A stretch of 64,000 nt of DNA. It comes from Bacillota bacterium (GTDB taxonomy: Bacteria > Bacillota > Clostridia > Lachnospirales > Lachnospiraceae). Shown piece after piece: positions 1-10,276 of this stretch. Positions within the stretch are counted from its first letter, which is position 1; every line of letters begins with the position of its first letter. Position numbers and translations under genes: made by a program. The stretch is taken from positions 6,515 to 70,514 of the forward strand of contig JAEZTJ010000083.1 of NCBI GenBank assembly GCA_023421505.1, in the 5' to 3' direction. The notes beneath the pieces were generated by a model that was not told where the DNA came from, searched no databases, and saw only the letters and a list, made by a program, of their open reading frames with translations.

Positions 1-430
1 GTCCTTAGTAAATATCTATAAAGAACTTAAAGAGGACTTGGGCTGCTATATACCAAATAACGGATACTTAGAAAAATGGGCAAAGCAGGGAGTATTACTT
101 CTGAATACGGTTTTAACTGTAAGAGCACATCAGGCTAATTCACACCAGGGTAAAGGCTGGGAAAGATTTACCGATGCGGTTATACAGGCAGTAAATATAC
201 AAGATCGGCCAATCGTTTTTTTGCTATGGGGTAGACCGGCGCAAATGAAAAAATCGATGTTAACTAATCCAAAACATCTAATACTCGAGGCACCTCATCC
301 GAGTCCATTATCTGCCTTTCGTGGTTTTTTTGGAAGTAAACATTTTAGTATGACTAACAATTATTTGATAAAACACGGTTTAGAACCGATAGATTGGCAA
401 ATTGAGAACAGTATTAATAGTACCAAATAA
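1..430 (+). CDS. ung: Uracil-DNA glycosylase (5'-truncated by window edge)
   Basis: Frame open from position 2 ([14 protein letters not shown]...). UNG motifs [29 protein letters not shown]. Confidence 0.95.
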   Translation, partial: SLVNIYKELKEDLGCYIPNNGYLEKWAKQGVLLLNTVLTVRAHQANSHQGKGWERFTDAVIQAVNIQDRPIVFLLWGRPAQMKKSMLTNPKHLILEAPHPSPLSAFRGFFGSKHFSMTNNYLIKHGLEPIDWQIENSINSTK

Positions 431-475
431 GCATTTTTATTATAGGATAATAACGAATAAGTAAAATTACATAGG

Positions 476-520
476 AAAGCATCCATTGTTATGATATCTC
501 TTATCAATGGATGCTTTTTT
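476..520 (+). terminator. Intrinsic terminator after ung
   Basis: aaagcatccattg ... caatggatgcttt inverted repeat followed by a T run. Confidence 0.75.
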
Positions 521-634
521 CATTATTTGATATTTATTTTATGCAAGCCGAATAGTATCCGCATTTATTTTATCATTTAAGGAATAATAATTGTAGCAAG
601 CTTGATTTTATATTCCTTACTGGAGGTTATTTGA

Positions 635-2134
635 ATGAAAAAACATGAAAATGGTTTATCTGCCTGGCAGCTTACTATGTTGGCCCTAGGATCGGTAATT
701 GGAGGTTCTTTTTTTCTTGGGTCAGCAGTAGCCATCAAAGCGGCAGGGCCAGCGATTGTTATATCTTATATTTTAGGTGGTATATTAATTTACTTTATTC
801 TATTTGCACTTTCAGAAATGACTGTGGCAAACCCTGATTCAGGCTCCTTTTATACTTTCACAGCGCAGGTTTTCGGCCCGGGAGCAGGCTTTATCGTGGG
901 ATGGGTTTACTGGACAGGTATGGTATTTGCAATGTCCAGTGAAGCTACGGCTGCCTCTATATTAATCAGGGAATGGTACCCGGAAGTTTCTATACCAATA
1001 CTCGGGAGTACTATTATAATTGTAGTTACACTTGTCAATTTGCTTGGAGCAGATAAACTTAGTAAACTGGAGAGCGGACTAGCTTTAATAAAGGTTTTTG
1101 CTATTATAGCATTTATTATTTTAGCCTTGTTACTTATAATTGGTTTGATTGGCGGCAGAGGTGCTATAGGAGCAGGTGAATTGAATAGAGAACCATTAAT
1201 GCCGGGAGGGGTTAAAAGTATTGCAGGTAGTATGCTGATTGTCATATTCTCTTACGCGGGCTTTGAAATTATTGGACTTGCATCTTCTGAAGCTTCAGAT
1301 CCTAATAGAACCATACCCAGAGCAATCTTATATACTGTAATCAGTTTAGTAGGCTTATATATACTATCTGCAATCATCATGCTTCCATTGATACCTACTG
1401 CTATTTTATCGGACAAGGTAAGCCCAATGGTTGCAGCCCTGAGTCGCTGGGGCATGGGCTGGGCAGGAAGAATCATTAACTTTATTCTGGTAACAGCTAT
1501 TTTGTCTACTATGCTTGCTTCCATGTTTGGGCTGGGCAGAATGATGCGTTCCGTTGCAGATGAAGGACATGCCCCTAAATGGTTGATAGATAAGAAGGAT
1601 GTCCCATATAGAGGAATATTATTTTCTGGATTTGCTATGCTTGTAAGCTTGGGATTAGGTTTGCTCTTTCCAAATGTATACCTGTTCTTAATTAGCTCCG
1701 GTGGCTTTGCAACTCTTTTAACCTATGCGGCAATTCTTGCTACCCATATTCGTTTTCGTAAGTGTCATGGTTGTCCGCCCAAGGGGAAGTGCCAGATGCC
1801 GGGCTATCCATTTACCTCATGGCTGGCATTGATCAGTATTATCATAATCGTAATCAGTATGCCTTTTATTTCAGGGCAAACCTCGGGTCTAATCGCAGGA
1901 ATTATAATGACAATATTATTTGCAGCAATTTATCTAATCATGAAGTGGGCAGGAAAAAATGAGGTAAAAAGCACAGATAATCATGTTCCAAGAGATTACA
2001 GAGCAGGCTTTTCTCATGAGTTCTCTGAGGAATTAACACAGAATGATCAGGTAATAAAAAAAGACACATCTGATCGCGCTTCTCAGGCTTCAATGTCTTG
2101 TCCATGTAATAAAGATGAGAAAAATAATAAATAA
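635..2134 (+). CDS. APC-superfamily amino acid permease
   Basis: About 12 hydrophobic segments, GSVIGGSFFLG and FSYAGFE motifs, SD ggagg upstream. Confidence 0.9.
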   Translation: MKKHENGLSAWQLTMLALGSVIGGSFFLGSAVAIKAAGPAIVISYILGGILIYFILFALSEMTVANPDSGSFYTFTAQVFGPGAGFIVGWVYWTGMVFAMSSEATAASILIREWYPEVSIPILGSTIIIVVTLVNLLGADKLSKLESGLALIKVFAIIAFIILALLLIIGLIGGRGAIGAGELNREPLMPGGVKSIAGSMLIVIFSYAGFEIIGLASSEASDPNRTIPRAILYTVISLVGLYILSAIIMLPLIPTAILSDKVSPMVAALSRWGMGWAGRIINFILVTAILSTMLASMFGLGRMMRSVADEGHAPKWLIDKKDVPYRGILFSGFAMLVSLGLGLLFPNVYLFLISSGGFATLLTYAAILATHIRFRKCHGCPPKGKCQMPGYPFTSWLALISIIIIVISMPFISGQTSGLIAGIIMTILFAAIYLIMKWAGKNEVKSTDNHVPRDYRAGFSHEFSEELTQNDQVIKKDTSDRASQASMSCPCNKDEKNNK

Positions 2135-2334
2135 AATATAAGATAAAGAACAGTAAGAGAAGAATAAAAAGTCAGAATAAGTAAAAATAATAAAGAAGAA
2201 TAAATAAAAATAGTGAAGAAGAATACGTAATAAGAGCTAAATTTCTATCTCATAATTCATAGGGATTTTATTATACAATTGGTAATAAGTAGGTTGGTAT
2301 GATTTATATGGATACAACGATGCGAAACTATAGT

Positions 2335-2366
2335 GAAAATGGGCGCTAAAGTAAACGCCCATTTTC
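2335..2366. terminator. Bidirectional terminator between convergent genes
   Basis: gaaaatgggcg ... cgcccattttc inverted repeat. Confidence 0.7.
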
Positions 2367-2373
2367 TAATATA

Positions 2374-5300
2374 TTAATTCTTATCCATATTCTTTACAGC
2401 AGTTGCTAACATCAGCTTAATTCGGTTTAGCTGATTAACTTCACTGGCTCCTGGATCATAATCGACAGCTACGATATTAGCTTCGGGATGCTGATGGCGA
2501 AGTTCTTTAATAACACCCTTTCCAACGATATGATTAGGGAGGCATGCAAAGGGCTGAGTACATACGATATTCTTTACTCCGGAATGAATTAACTCAAGCA
2601 TCTCGCCGGTTAAAAACCATCCCTCACCGGTTTGATTTCCGATTGATACAACAGTCTCTGCATATTCTGCAAGGTGTTTGATAGGAACGGGAGGAGTAAA
2701 GCGTTTACTTTTGGATAATTCCTTTTTCGCAGTACCACGAAGCTGCTCCAGTGCCCATATTGTAATATTACCTATTCTTGCGCTAGACTTTTTCTTACCT
2801 AGATATCTTGCTTTAAAGTTGTTATTATATGCACTATACAATAAGAAATCTAATAGATCGGGAACAACTGCCTCTGCTCCTTCAGCTTCCAGTAACTCCA
2901 CTAGGAAATTATTAGCCGAAGGCAGAAACTTAACCAGAATTTCACCAACTACTCCAACTCTAGGCTTTTTTAAGTCCTCATGGATAGGGAGTACATCAAA
3001 TTCGCGTATAATTCCTTTGATATTCTTCTTGTATTCGCTCCAATTTCCACTATTTAGGCTCTTAATACAGATATCACGCCATTTCTGATGAAGGGCATTT
3101 GCAGAGCCGGGTTCTTTCTCATAGGGTCTGGTACGGTATAGAACACGCATAAATACATCACCATAAACCAATGCCTGCATAGCTTTTATAATAAGCTTTG
3201 GTGTTATTTTTAGTCCCGGGTTTTTCTCAAGTCCGGAAGCGCTTAAAGAGATTACCGGAATTTGCTTCATTCCTGCCTTTTCTAAAGCTCTTCGTATAAA
3301 TCCAATATAGTTAGTAGCTCGACACCCGCCTCCGGTCTGCGTTATCATTATTGCGACTTTATTTAAATCATATTTTCCGGAGAGCAATGCATCCATAATC
3401 TGCCCTACTACCATAAGAGAGGGAAAGCAGGCATCATTATTTACATATTGGAGACCGACATCTACTGCCCTACGATTATCATTGGGTAGAACAACTACAT
3501 GATAACCGCCGCTTCTTAATGCGGGTTCTAATAAATCAAAATGAATAGGCGACATCTGAGGTGCGAGAATAGTATAGGTCTCTTTCATTTCTTCAGTAAA
3601 AATTGCTCTATGATGTGCAGCATCTGCTATATGTGCCTCAATATGTTTATTCTCCCGCTCTCTTACTGCAGAGAGTAAGGAACGGATACGGATTCTGGCA
3701 GCACCAAGATTATTCACTTCATCAATTTTTAATACAGTATAAATCTTACCTGATTTTGTAAGGATATCATTAACCTGATCTGTTGTAACCGCATCTAGTC
3801 CACAACCGAATGAATTCAGCTGTATTAATTCCAGCTTGGGCTGTGTGCGTACATAACTGGCAGCAGCATATAATCTGGAATGATACATCCATTGATCAAT
3901 AACGATAGTTGGTCGGTCTACCTCTCCTAGATGTGAAATGGAATCCTCCGTTAGTACTGCTACGCCATAGGAATTAATGAGTTCAGGAATACCGTGGTGT
4001 ATTTCCGGATCAACATGATAGGGACGACCCGCAAGCACGATTCCAGTGCGACCTGAAGCATGAAGATAAGCCATTGTTTCTTCACCCTTCTTACGCATGT
4101 CGTTACGTGCATTTAATAGCTCTGTCCAGGCAGCAGAGAAGGCTTTGGCTACCTCTACCGCATTCATACCCGCTTTGCCTTCAAAAAGCTCAGCTAAACG
4201 GTGATAAAGGATCTCTTCATTTTCAAAGGACAGGAAGGGATTCTCAAATAGTATGGACGGGTCCTTAAGCTCCTCAACATTGTTTTTAATATTCTCTGGA
4301 TAAGAGGTAACAATTGGACAGTTGTAGTGATTATTTACGCCTTCAATTTCCTTTCGCTCATATGGTATGCTTGGATAAAATATGTATTTAATACCTTGAT
4401 CAAGCAGCCATTTGATATGCCCGTGGGCAAGCTTTGCAGGATAGCATTCCGATTCACTTGGAATTGATTCAATACCGAGCTCATATATTCTACGGCTAGA
4501 GGTTGGTGATAGTACGACGCGGTAACCAAGCTTTGTAAAGAAGGTATGCCAGAAGGGATAATTTTCATACATATTAAGTACTCTTGGGATACCAACAACG
4601 CCGCGTTTTGCCTCTTCTTCAGATAAACTTTCATAATTAAAATATCTATCTAGTTTGTATTCAAATAAGTTAGGTATATTATCTACATTCTTTTCTTTAC
4701 CTAAGCCCCTCTCACAGCGGTTACCGGTAATATATTGTCTTCCGCCTGTAAACTTATTAATGGTCAGAAGACAGCTGTTAGTGCAGCGTTTACAGCGGGC
4801 TAGGGCTGTTTCGAATTTTAACTCATTAATTTGATCTATGGTAAGCATAGTGCTGTCTTCGCCTTCATAATGCTCTCTAGCAATAAGTGCTGCTCCAAAT
4901 GCACCCATAATACCGGCTATGTCCGGTCTTACTGCATTACAGCCGGAGATTGTTTCAAAGCTTCGAAGTACCGCATCATTATAGAAGGTACCTCCCTGTA
5001 CAACCATTTTTTCCCCCAGATCCTTAGGATTAGTTATTTTGATAACCTTATATAAAGCATTCTTTATAACTGAGTAGGCAAGACCGGCTGATATATCCGC
5101 AACAGTTGCCCCTTCCTTTTGTGCCTGCTTTACCTTGGAATTCATAAATACGGTACAGCGTGTTCCAAGATCAATCGGATTTTTTGCATAAAGAGCAACT
5201 TTAGCAAAGTCCTTTACCTCATAATTTAAGGATTTCGCAAAGGTTTCGATGAAGGAGCCACAGCCCGAGGAGCAGGCTTCATTTAAGAGAACGTTATCAA

Positions 5301-6603
5301 CAGTATGATTTCTAATTTTTATACACTTCATATCCTGTCCGCCGATATCGAGGATACAATCCACCTCCGGTTCAAAGAAAGCTGCCGCATGATAATGAGC
5401 AACTGTTTCTACTTCACCCTCATCTAGTACTAAAGCTGCTTTGATTAAAGCTTCTCCGTACCCGGTAGAACAGGATCTTACAATATGTGCTTTCTTAGGA
5501 AGTAGTTCATAGATTTCCTTGATTGAGCGAATGGCGGTTTTTAAGGGACTTCCATTATTATTACTATAGAAGGAATAAAGAAGAGATCCATCCTCTCCGA
5601 CTAGAGCAACTTTGGTTGTGGTAGAACCGGCATCAATTCCCAGATAGCAGTTACCTTCGTATTCATTTAAATTCCCTTTTCTTACGGTATGTACGGAATG
5701 TCTTTTTGTAAATTCTTCGTATTCTGCCTCATCAGTAAATAACGGCGTCATACGGTTTACTTCAAAATCCATTTTAATACCACGGGAAAGCAGGTTATGT
5801 AAATCTGTTAACTGCCGGTTTACTAAAGGCTTAGCATTCATTGCTGCTCCAATTGCTGCAAAAAGGTGGGAATGCTCCGGTGAGATAACCTGCTGCTCGG
5901 AAAGATTTAAGGTACGGATAAAAGCATTTTTAAGCTCAGTTAAGAAATGCAGTGGTCCGCCAAGAAAAGCCACATTTCCGCGAATCGGCTTACCACAGGC
6001 AAGGCCGCTAATGGTCTGATTTACAACTGCTTGAAATATGGAAGCAGATAAGTCAGGCTTAGTTGCACCTTCATTAATTAAAGGCTGGATATCTGATTTC
6101 GCAAATACACCGCATCTTGCTGCAATCGGATAGATTGCCTGATAATTTTTTGCATACTCGTTTAAACCGGAGGCATCTGTTTTTAATAAGCTGGCCATCT
6201 GGTCAATAAAGGAACCTGTACCGCCGGCACAGATACCATTCATTCTCTGCTCAATACCATTCGTAAAATATATGATTTTAGCATCCTCACCGCCAAGCTC
6301 AATTGCTACGTCAGTCTGAGGTGCGTAATTTTGAAGTGAAGTAGATACGGCAACAACCTCCTGTATAAAAGGAATGTCGAGATGCTTTGAGATAGTTAAT
6401 CCACCGGAACCTGTGATAACCGGGGATACGGTAAAATCGTCCAGTGCTTCTTTGGCTTTACTAATCAAACCGGCCAAGGTTTCCTGTATATTAGCAAAGT
6501 GACGTTCATAATCAGAAAAAAGAATTTTGCCGTCCTTATTGATAATAACTATTTTTACAGTGGTTGAGCCGATATCTATTCCCAATTTGTATTCTGTTAG
6601 CAT
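2374..6603 (-). CDS. 2-hydroxyacyl-CoA dehydratase activator-like fusion protein (two BadF/BadG/BcrA/BcrD ASKHA ATPase domains plus DUF2229/HgdB-like C-terminal part)
   Basis: Two GID(I/A)GSTT motifs, CAGGTGSF and CSSGCGSF Fe-S motifs, [13 protein letters not shown]. Start moved to ATG 6603, which has a GGAGG SD. Confidence 0.85.
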   Translation of the reverse strand: MLTEYKLGIDIGSTTVKIVIINKDGKILFSDYERHFANIQETLAGLISKAKEALDDFTVSPVITGSGGLTISKHLDIPFIQEVVAVSTSLQNYAPQTDVAIELGGEDAKIIYFTNGIEQRMNGICAGGTGSFIDQMASLLKTDASGLNEYAKNYQAIYPIAARCGVFAKSDIQPLINEGATKPDLSASIFQAVVNQTISGLACGKPIRGNVAFLGGPLHFLTELKNAFIRTLNLSEQQVISPEHSHLFAAIGAAMNAKPLVNRQLTDLHNLLSRGIKMDFEVNRMTPLFTDEAEYEEFTKRHSVHTVRKGNLNEYEGNCYLGIDAGSTTTKVALVGEDGSLLYSFYSNNNGSPLKTAIRSIKEIYELLPKKAHIVRSCSTGYGEALIKAALVLDEGEVETVAHYHAAAFFEPEVDCILDIGGQDMKCIKIRNHTVDNVLLNEACSSGCGSFIETFAKSLNYEVKDFAKVALYAKNPIDLGTRCTVFMNSKVKQAQKEGATVADISAGLAYSVIKNALYKVIKITNPKDLGEKMVVQGGTFYNDAVLRSFETISGCNAVRPDIAGIMGAFGAALIAREHYEGEDSTMLTIDQINELKFETALARCKRCTNSCLLTINKFTGGRQYITGNRCERGLGKEKNVDNIPNLFEYKLDRYFNYESLSEEEAKRGVVGIPRVLNMYENYPFWHTFFTKLGYRVVLSPTSSRRIYELGIESIPSESECYPAKLAHGHIKWLLDQGIKYIFYPSIPYERKEIEGVNNHYNCPIVTSYPENIKNNVEELKDPSILFENPFLSFENEEILYHRLAELFEGKAGMNAVEVAKAFSAAWTELLNARNDMRKKGEETMAYLHASGRTGIVLAGRPYHVDPEIHHGIPELINSYGVAVLTEDSISHLGEVDRPTIVIDQWMYHSRLYAAASYVRTQPKLELIQLNSFGCGLDAVTTDQVNDILTKSGKIYTVLKIDEVNNLGAARIRIRSLLSAVRERENKHIEAHIADAAHHRAIFTEEMKETYTILAPQMSPIHFDLLEPALRSGGYHVVVLPNDNRRAVDVGLQYVNNDACFPSLMVVGQIMDALLSGKYDLNKVAIMITQTGGGCRATNYIGFIRRALEKAGMKQIPVISLSASGLEKNPGLKITPKLIIKAMQALVYGDVFMRVLYRTRPYEKEPGSANALHQKWRDICIKSLNSGNWSEYKKNIKGIIREFDVLPIHEDLKKPRVGVVGEILVKFLPSANNFLVELLEAEGAEAVVPDLLDFLLYSAYNNNFKARYLGKKKSSARIGNITIWALEQLRGTAKKELSKSKRFTPPVPIKHLAEYAETVVSIGNQTGEGWFLTGEMLELIHSGVKNIVCTQPFACLPNHIVGKGVIKELRHQHPEANIVAVDYDPGASEVNQLNRIKLMLATAVKNMDKN

Positions 6604-6688
6604 AATTACCTCCACACTGCCGTAATGCGGCATCTCGAAACGATGTCGTTAAAACAAACACTCATTTGGTTAAAAATAAGCTTTTTAT

Positions 6689-6756
6689 ATTATACGATAC
6701 AAATTTCGTAAGTTCAACTGTTTAATTCTTATTAAATTCTTATTAAATTCTTAGTA
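6689..6756 (-). promoter_or_regulatory. SigA-like promoter (TTGAAC-17-TATAAT) with three 11-bp direct repeats just upstream of the -35
   Basis: Minus-strand -10 at 6689-6694 and -35 at 6712-6717. aattcttatta x2 plus aattcttagta at 6724-6756. Confidence 0.6.
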
Positions 6757-7066
6757 AACTTAAAATATAAAAACAAGTAATGAGAAAGTATGACTACAAT
6801 ATATCGTTATTTGCTGACTTACATATTCTACATATTGTCATAAATATCATTGTTAATAGTCATATATAGAAAGTTGGAAATCCGAAAAAGTTATTATAAA
6901 AGTAAAGGCAATATTTCACACGTTGATATAGACCTGCGAGTAAGTCGCTGACAGGAATACTAACAGGACTAAGAATCATTATAGCAAAAGAAAGTGCTTT
7001 GGAATATATTATATAGGAAATTATTGAAAAGGTGAAAACAGCATTATTATAAGGAGGGTAAGGAAT

Positions 7067-7408
7067 ATGTATTGTATGAATTATATAGTTCAGAGAGGTG
7101 ATACACTGTATAGTATCAGCAGGCATTTTATGGTAAGCATAAATGAAATTATGGCTGCAAATCCATTAATTAATGTATATAACCTAATAGTTGGAGAAAC
7201 TATAGGTATCCCAGTCAGTATACCACAGAACAATTATACGCAATATACTACATATAAAATAAAGAAAGAGGATACACTTGGAAATATACTGGATAAGAAC
7301 CATATTAATCTGGCAGATTTAATGGAATTCAACAAAATAAATGAAATATATTTGTTACCAGGAACAACTCTTTTAGTTCCTGTTATAGAAAGTAATAATA
7401 AGACATGA
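7067..7408 (+). CDS. Small two-LysM-domain protein (possibly spore-coat/cortex associated)
   Basis: YIVQRGDTLYSIS and YKIKKEDTLGNI LysM repeats, SD aggagg. Confidence 0.85.
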   Translation: MYCMNYIVQRGDTLYSISRHFMVSINEIMAANPLINVYNLIVGETIGIPVSIPQNNYTQYTTYKIKKEDTLGNILDKNHINLADLMEFNKINEIYLLPGTTLLVPVIESNNKT

Positions 7409-7431
7409 ATGTGTAGAAAATGATACGGGGA

Positions 7432-7690
7432 TAATTCAAAGGGTAGGCATGAGATTAGTGTGAATTATTGAAAAGCATAATTCACACTTAGAAGTTTGTG
7501 CCTGCGTAATCCTCGGCACAAACTAATTCAAAGGGTAGGCATGAGGTTTAGTGTGAATAGTCCCGCGAAAGACATGCAGGCCCAAAGCCTCGCATACGAG
7601 GCTTATAAAGAATAGCAAAAGACGCTATTCTTCAGGCTTTATTTCTATAACATGAATGCTAGTGTGATTGTGAAAAGCATAATAAGCACT
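7432..7690 (+). repeat. Modular palindromic intergenic repeat, locus 1 (B-tail, A-B, C, degenerate A)
   Basis: Units begin TAGTGTGAAT at 7456 and 7549. Near-identical blocks recur at 22129, 39639, 50898, 52754 and 59510. Confidence 0.9.
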
Positions 7691-7799
7691 CAGCATAGGC
7701 TAAGGTAATGGGGGATAAGTTATGCTATGGTATTAAACATCAGGTAAGGATTTTATTTACAGTTAAGAAAATTTTAAGGAATAATAAAATGTGTTTTGT

Positions 7800-7828
7800 T
7801 TGACAAAGGTATGAGAAAAACATATAAT
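7800..7828 (+). promoter_or_regulatory. Consensus SigA promoter of the corA leader
   Basis: TTGACA (7800-7805) - 17 bp - TATAAT (7823-7828). Confidence 0.85.
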
Positions 7829-7892
7829 AGGTTTGAATTATACTTAGTCTTATTATTCTAATACAAAACAGACAAAGAAGGATGTGGTAAGG

Positions 7893-8048
7893 ATGGAAGC
7901 CGGCCCCAGTAGTAGTCATATACGGAGTATGAAAAACAATAGAATAGAGACTGCTATGGACAGCTTTGCAACTGCTTATCATGTGGAATATAGTTCTTAC
8001 AATGAATATGCATTTTGCATGGGATTTAAGTTAAATTCAATGGAATAA
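7893..8048 (+). CDS. Putative corA leader peptide (uORF, 51 aa, MEAGPSSSHIRSMKNN...LNSME)
   Basis: ORF between the promoter and corA, preceded by gaagga. Its stop lies 2 nt before the hairpin covering the corA SD. Confidence 0.45.
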   Translation: MEAGPSSSHIRSMKNNRIETAMDSFATAYHVEYSSYNEYAFCMGFKLNSME

Positions 8049-8050
8049 AA

Positions 8051-8082
8051 TCCTTCTGCTGCCCATTTTGCAGTGGGAAGGA
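8051..8082 (+). promoter_or_regulatory. Hairpin sequestering the corA Shine-Dalgarno
   Basis: tccttct-gctgc pairs with gcagt-g-ggaagga, which contains the SD of ATG 8089. Confidence 0.6.
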
Positions 8083-8088
8083 GTATTT

Positions 8089-9024
8089 ATGATCGAGATT
8101 TTCAGAACAACAGACGGCTCATTGCAGAGAATGACTGAAATAATGGAGGGCAGCTGGATTGCTATGACGAATCCCTCCGCAACGGAATTACTTGAAATTG
8201 CTGAGGCTACGGGAATTGAGATTGATCATCTTAGAGCCCCGCTCGATGAAGAGGAACGTGCGAGAATTGAAGTGGAGGATACCTATACTTTAATTTTGGT
8301 AGATATTCCTGCTTTGGAAAAACGAAATAATAAAGACCGTTATGTAACGATACCGCTTGGAATTATTGTGGCGAAGGAATTGTTAATAACGGTATGCTTA
8401 GAAGAAACTCCGGTATTAAAATGCTTTATAGACGGACGAGTAAGAGATTTCTATACTTATAAGAAAACCCGTTTCATACTTCAGATTCTCTATCGGAATG
8501 CTTCAACCTTTCTGCAGAATCTGCGTACAATAGATAGAAAAAGCGAAGAGATTGAACGTAAGCTTCATATCTCTACTCAGAACCGTGAATTAATTGATTT
8601 ATTGGAATTAGAGAAGAGTCTGGTATATTTCACAACCTCCCTGCGTTCCAATGAAGTAGTATTTGAAAAAATGTTAAAGCTTGAAACCATTAAGCATTAT
8701 CCAGAAGATGAGGATCTTCTGGAGGATCTGATTATTGAGAATAAACAGGCTATTGAGATGGCGAATATTTATAATGGAATTTTGACAGGGATTATGGGAA
8801 CCTTTGCATCTATCATTTCCAATAACCAAAATCTTGTTATGAAATTTCTTGCCGCAGTTACAATTGTATTATCTATTCCTACCATGATAGCAAGCTTTTA
8901 TGGTATGAATTTTGATGTGATACCCGGTACGAATAACCCGATAGGCTTTTATCTTGTAGTAACGGTAGCGTTAATTATAGCTGCTATTATTGTCTTAATT
9001 TTCAGAAAGAAGAAGGTGTTCTAG
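8089..9024 (+). CDS. corA: CorA-family magnesium transporter
   Basis: Two C-terminal TM helices with the YGMNF signature. Start refined to ATG 8089. Confidence 0.93.
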   Translation: MIEIFRTTDGSLQRMTEIMEGSWIAMTNPSATELLEIAEATGIEIDHLRAPLDEEERARIEVEDTYTLILVDIPALEKRNNKDRYVTIPLGIIVAKELLITVCLEETPVLKCFIDGRVRDFYTYKKTRFILQILYRNASTFLQNLRTIDRKSEEIERKLHISTQNRELIDLLELEKSLVYFTTSLRSNEVVFEKMLKLETIKHYPEDEDLLEDLIIENKQAIEMANIYNGILTGIMGTFASIISNNQNLVMKFLAAVTIVLSIPTMIASFYGMNFDVIPGTNNPIGFYLVVTVALIIAAIIVLIFRKKKVF

Positions 9025-9053
9025 CTTTACTTGAAAGGTACAGGTAAAAAGAC

Positions 9054-9920
9054 ATGAAATTTTTTAATAGACTGGAAAGAAAATTAGGACGGTATGCAAT
9101 AACAGGGCTGATGAGATATATTGTCATACTATTTGCACTGGGCTTATTTGTAGGCTCATTTATGCCGGAAGTATACAGAACTTATCTGGCCTTAGATTTT
9201 TCACAGGTAGCCAGAGGACAAGTATGGCGTCTGATTACCTTTTTAATTCCTGCCAGACCAATGACTGGGATACTGTTTTTAATAATTTCGATTTACTTTT
9301 ATTTTATAATAGGTAACTCACTAGAAAATGCCTGGGGAACTTTTCGCTTTAATCTATACTTCTTCTCCGGAATCATTTTTAATATTATAGCTGCGTTCAT
9401 CATTTACTTGATTACTCATATAAGCCTAGGCGGCTCAAGCCTTGAGATTGTATGCAGTACCTTATTTTTTGCATTTGCAGCAATGTATCCTAATATGCAG
9501 TTTATGTTTTATTTCATCATTCCGATAAAGGCAAAATATCTTGCTTGGTTTCAGGGAGCAATGTATGTATACAATATTTTTCAGTATATTGTAAACAAGG
9601 AATATATTTTTATAATACCGCTAGTTGTGTCATTAGCTAACTTTCTGATATTCTTCCTGACTACCAGAAATTATCGCAGAATATCTCCAAGTGAATTCAA
9701 ACGTAAGGCGACCTATCGCAGAGAGGTTAATCATGCCCGTAATCAAGGTAATGTAACACAGTTTAAGGGACATAACGTTATTACAAGACATAAATGTGCC
9801 GTATGTGGAAGAACCGAGCTAGATGATGATAGATTGGAATTTCGTTTCTGTTCAAAATGTGACGGAAATTACGAATATTGCATGGACCATTTATTTACAC
9901 ACGAGCATGTTCACAAATAA
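9054..9920 (+). CDS. Rhomboid/derlin-like integral membrane protein with C-terminal Zn-finger
   Basis: GQVWRLITF motif, multiple TMs, CAVC...CSKC...YCMDH...HEH tail. Confidence 0.7.
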   Translation: MKFFNRLERKLGRYAITGLMRYIVILFALGLFVGSFMPEVYRTYLALDFSQVARGQVWRLITFLIPARPMTGILFLIISIYFYFIIGNSLENAWGTFRFNLYFFSGIIFNIIAAFIIYLITHISLGGSSLEIVCSTLFFAFAAMYPNMQFMFYFIIPIKAKYLAWFQGAMYVYNIFQYIVNKEYIFIIPLVVSLANFLIFFLTTRNYRRISPSEFKRKATYRREVNHARNQGNVTQFKGHNVITRHKCAVCGRTELDDDRLEFRFCSKCDGNYEYCMDHLFTHEHVHK

Positions 9921-10276
9921 GCTTTTATTTATTAAAAAAGGGCTATATGTGGATCATAATATAGGTAGGGATTTTGGCGGTGCTTATTATCATTATAATA
10001 GGCACCTCTTATCATAATCAGAAATCAGTAATACGGAATACTGAACCTTTGGGCAAAGATATAGGAGGTTATTGAAAAAAGCTATAGAATGTCATAATTT
10101 TATGCCAAATAGCTGGTTTATTATGGGTTTTGCTGATATAATAGTATATAGTGGGACAAACGGATACTTTAAGAAAGAACGTAGGGTTGATTCTATTTAT
10201 GGCAGCAGGCTTAATTGCTTGATTATATTTTATAGATCGGATACCTTTAATAATAAAAACAGGATGGTAAAGTTAG

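Noticed and set aside
7835..8088. M-box (ykoK) riboswitch upstream of corA
   Set aside because: Conserved M-box sequence blocks were not recognised and there is no terminator T run. An Rfam scan would settle it.
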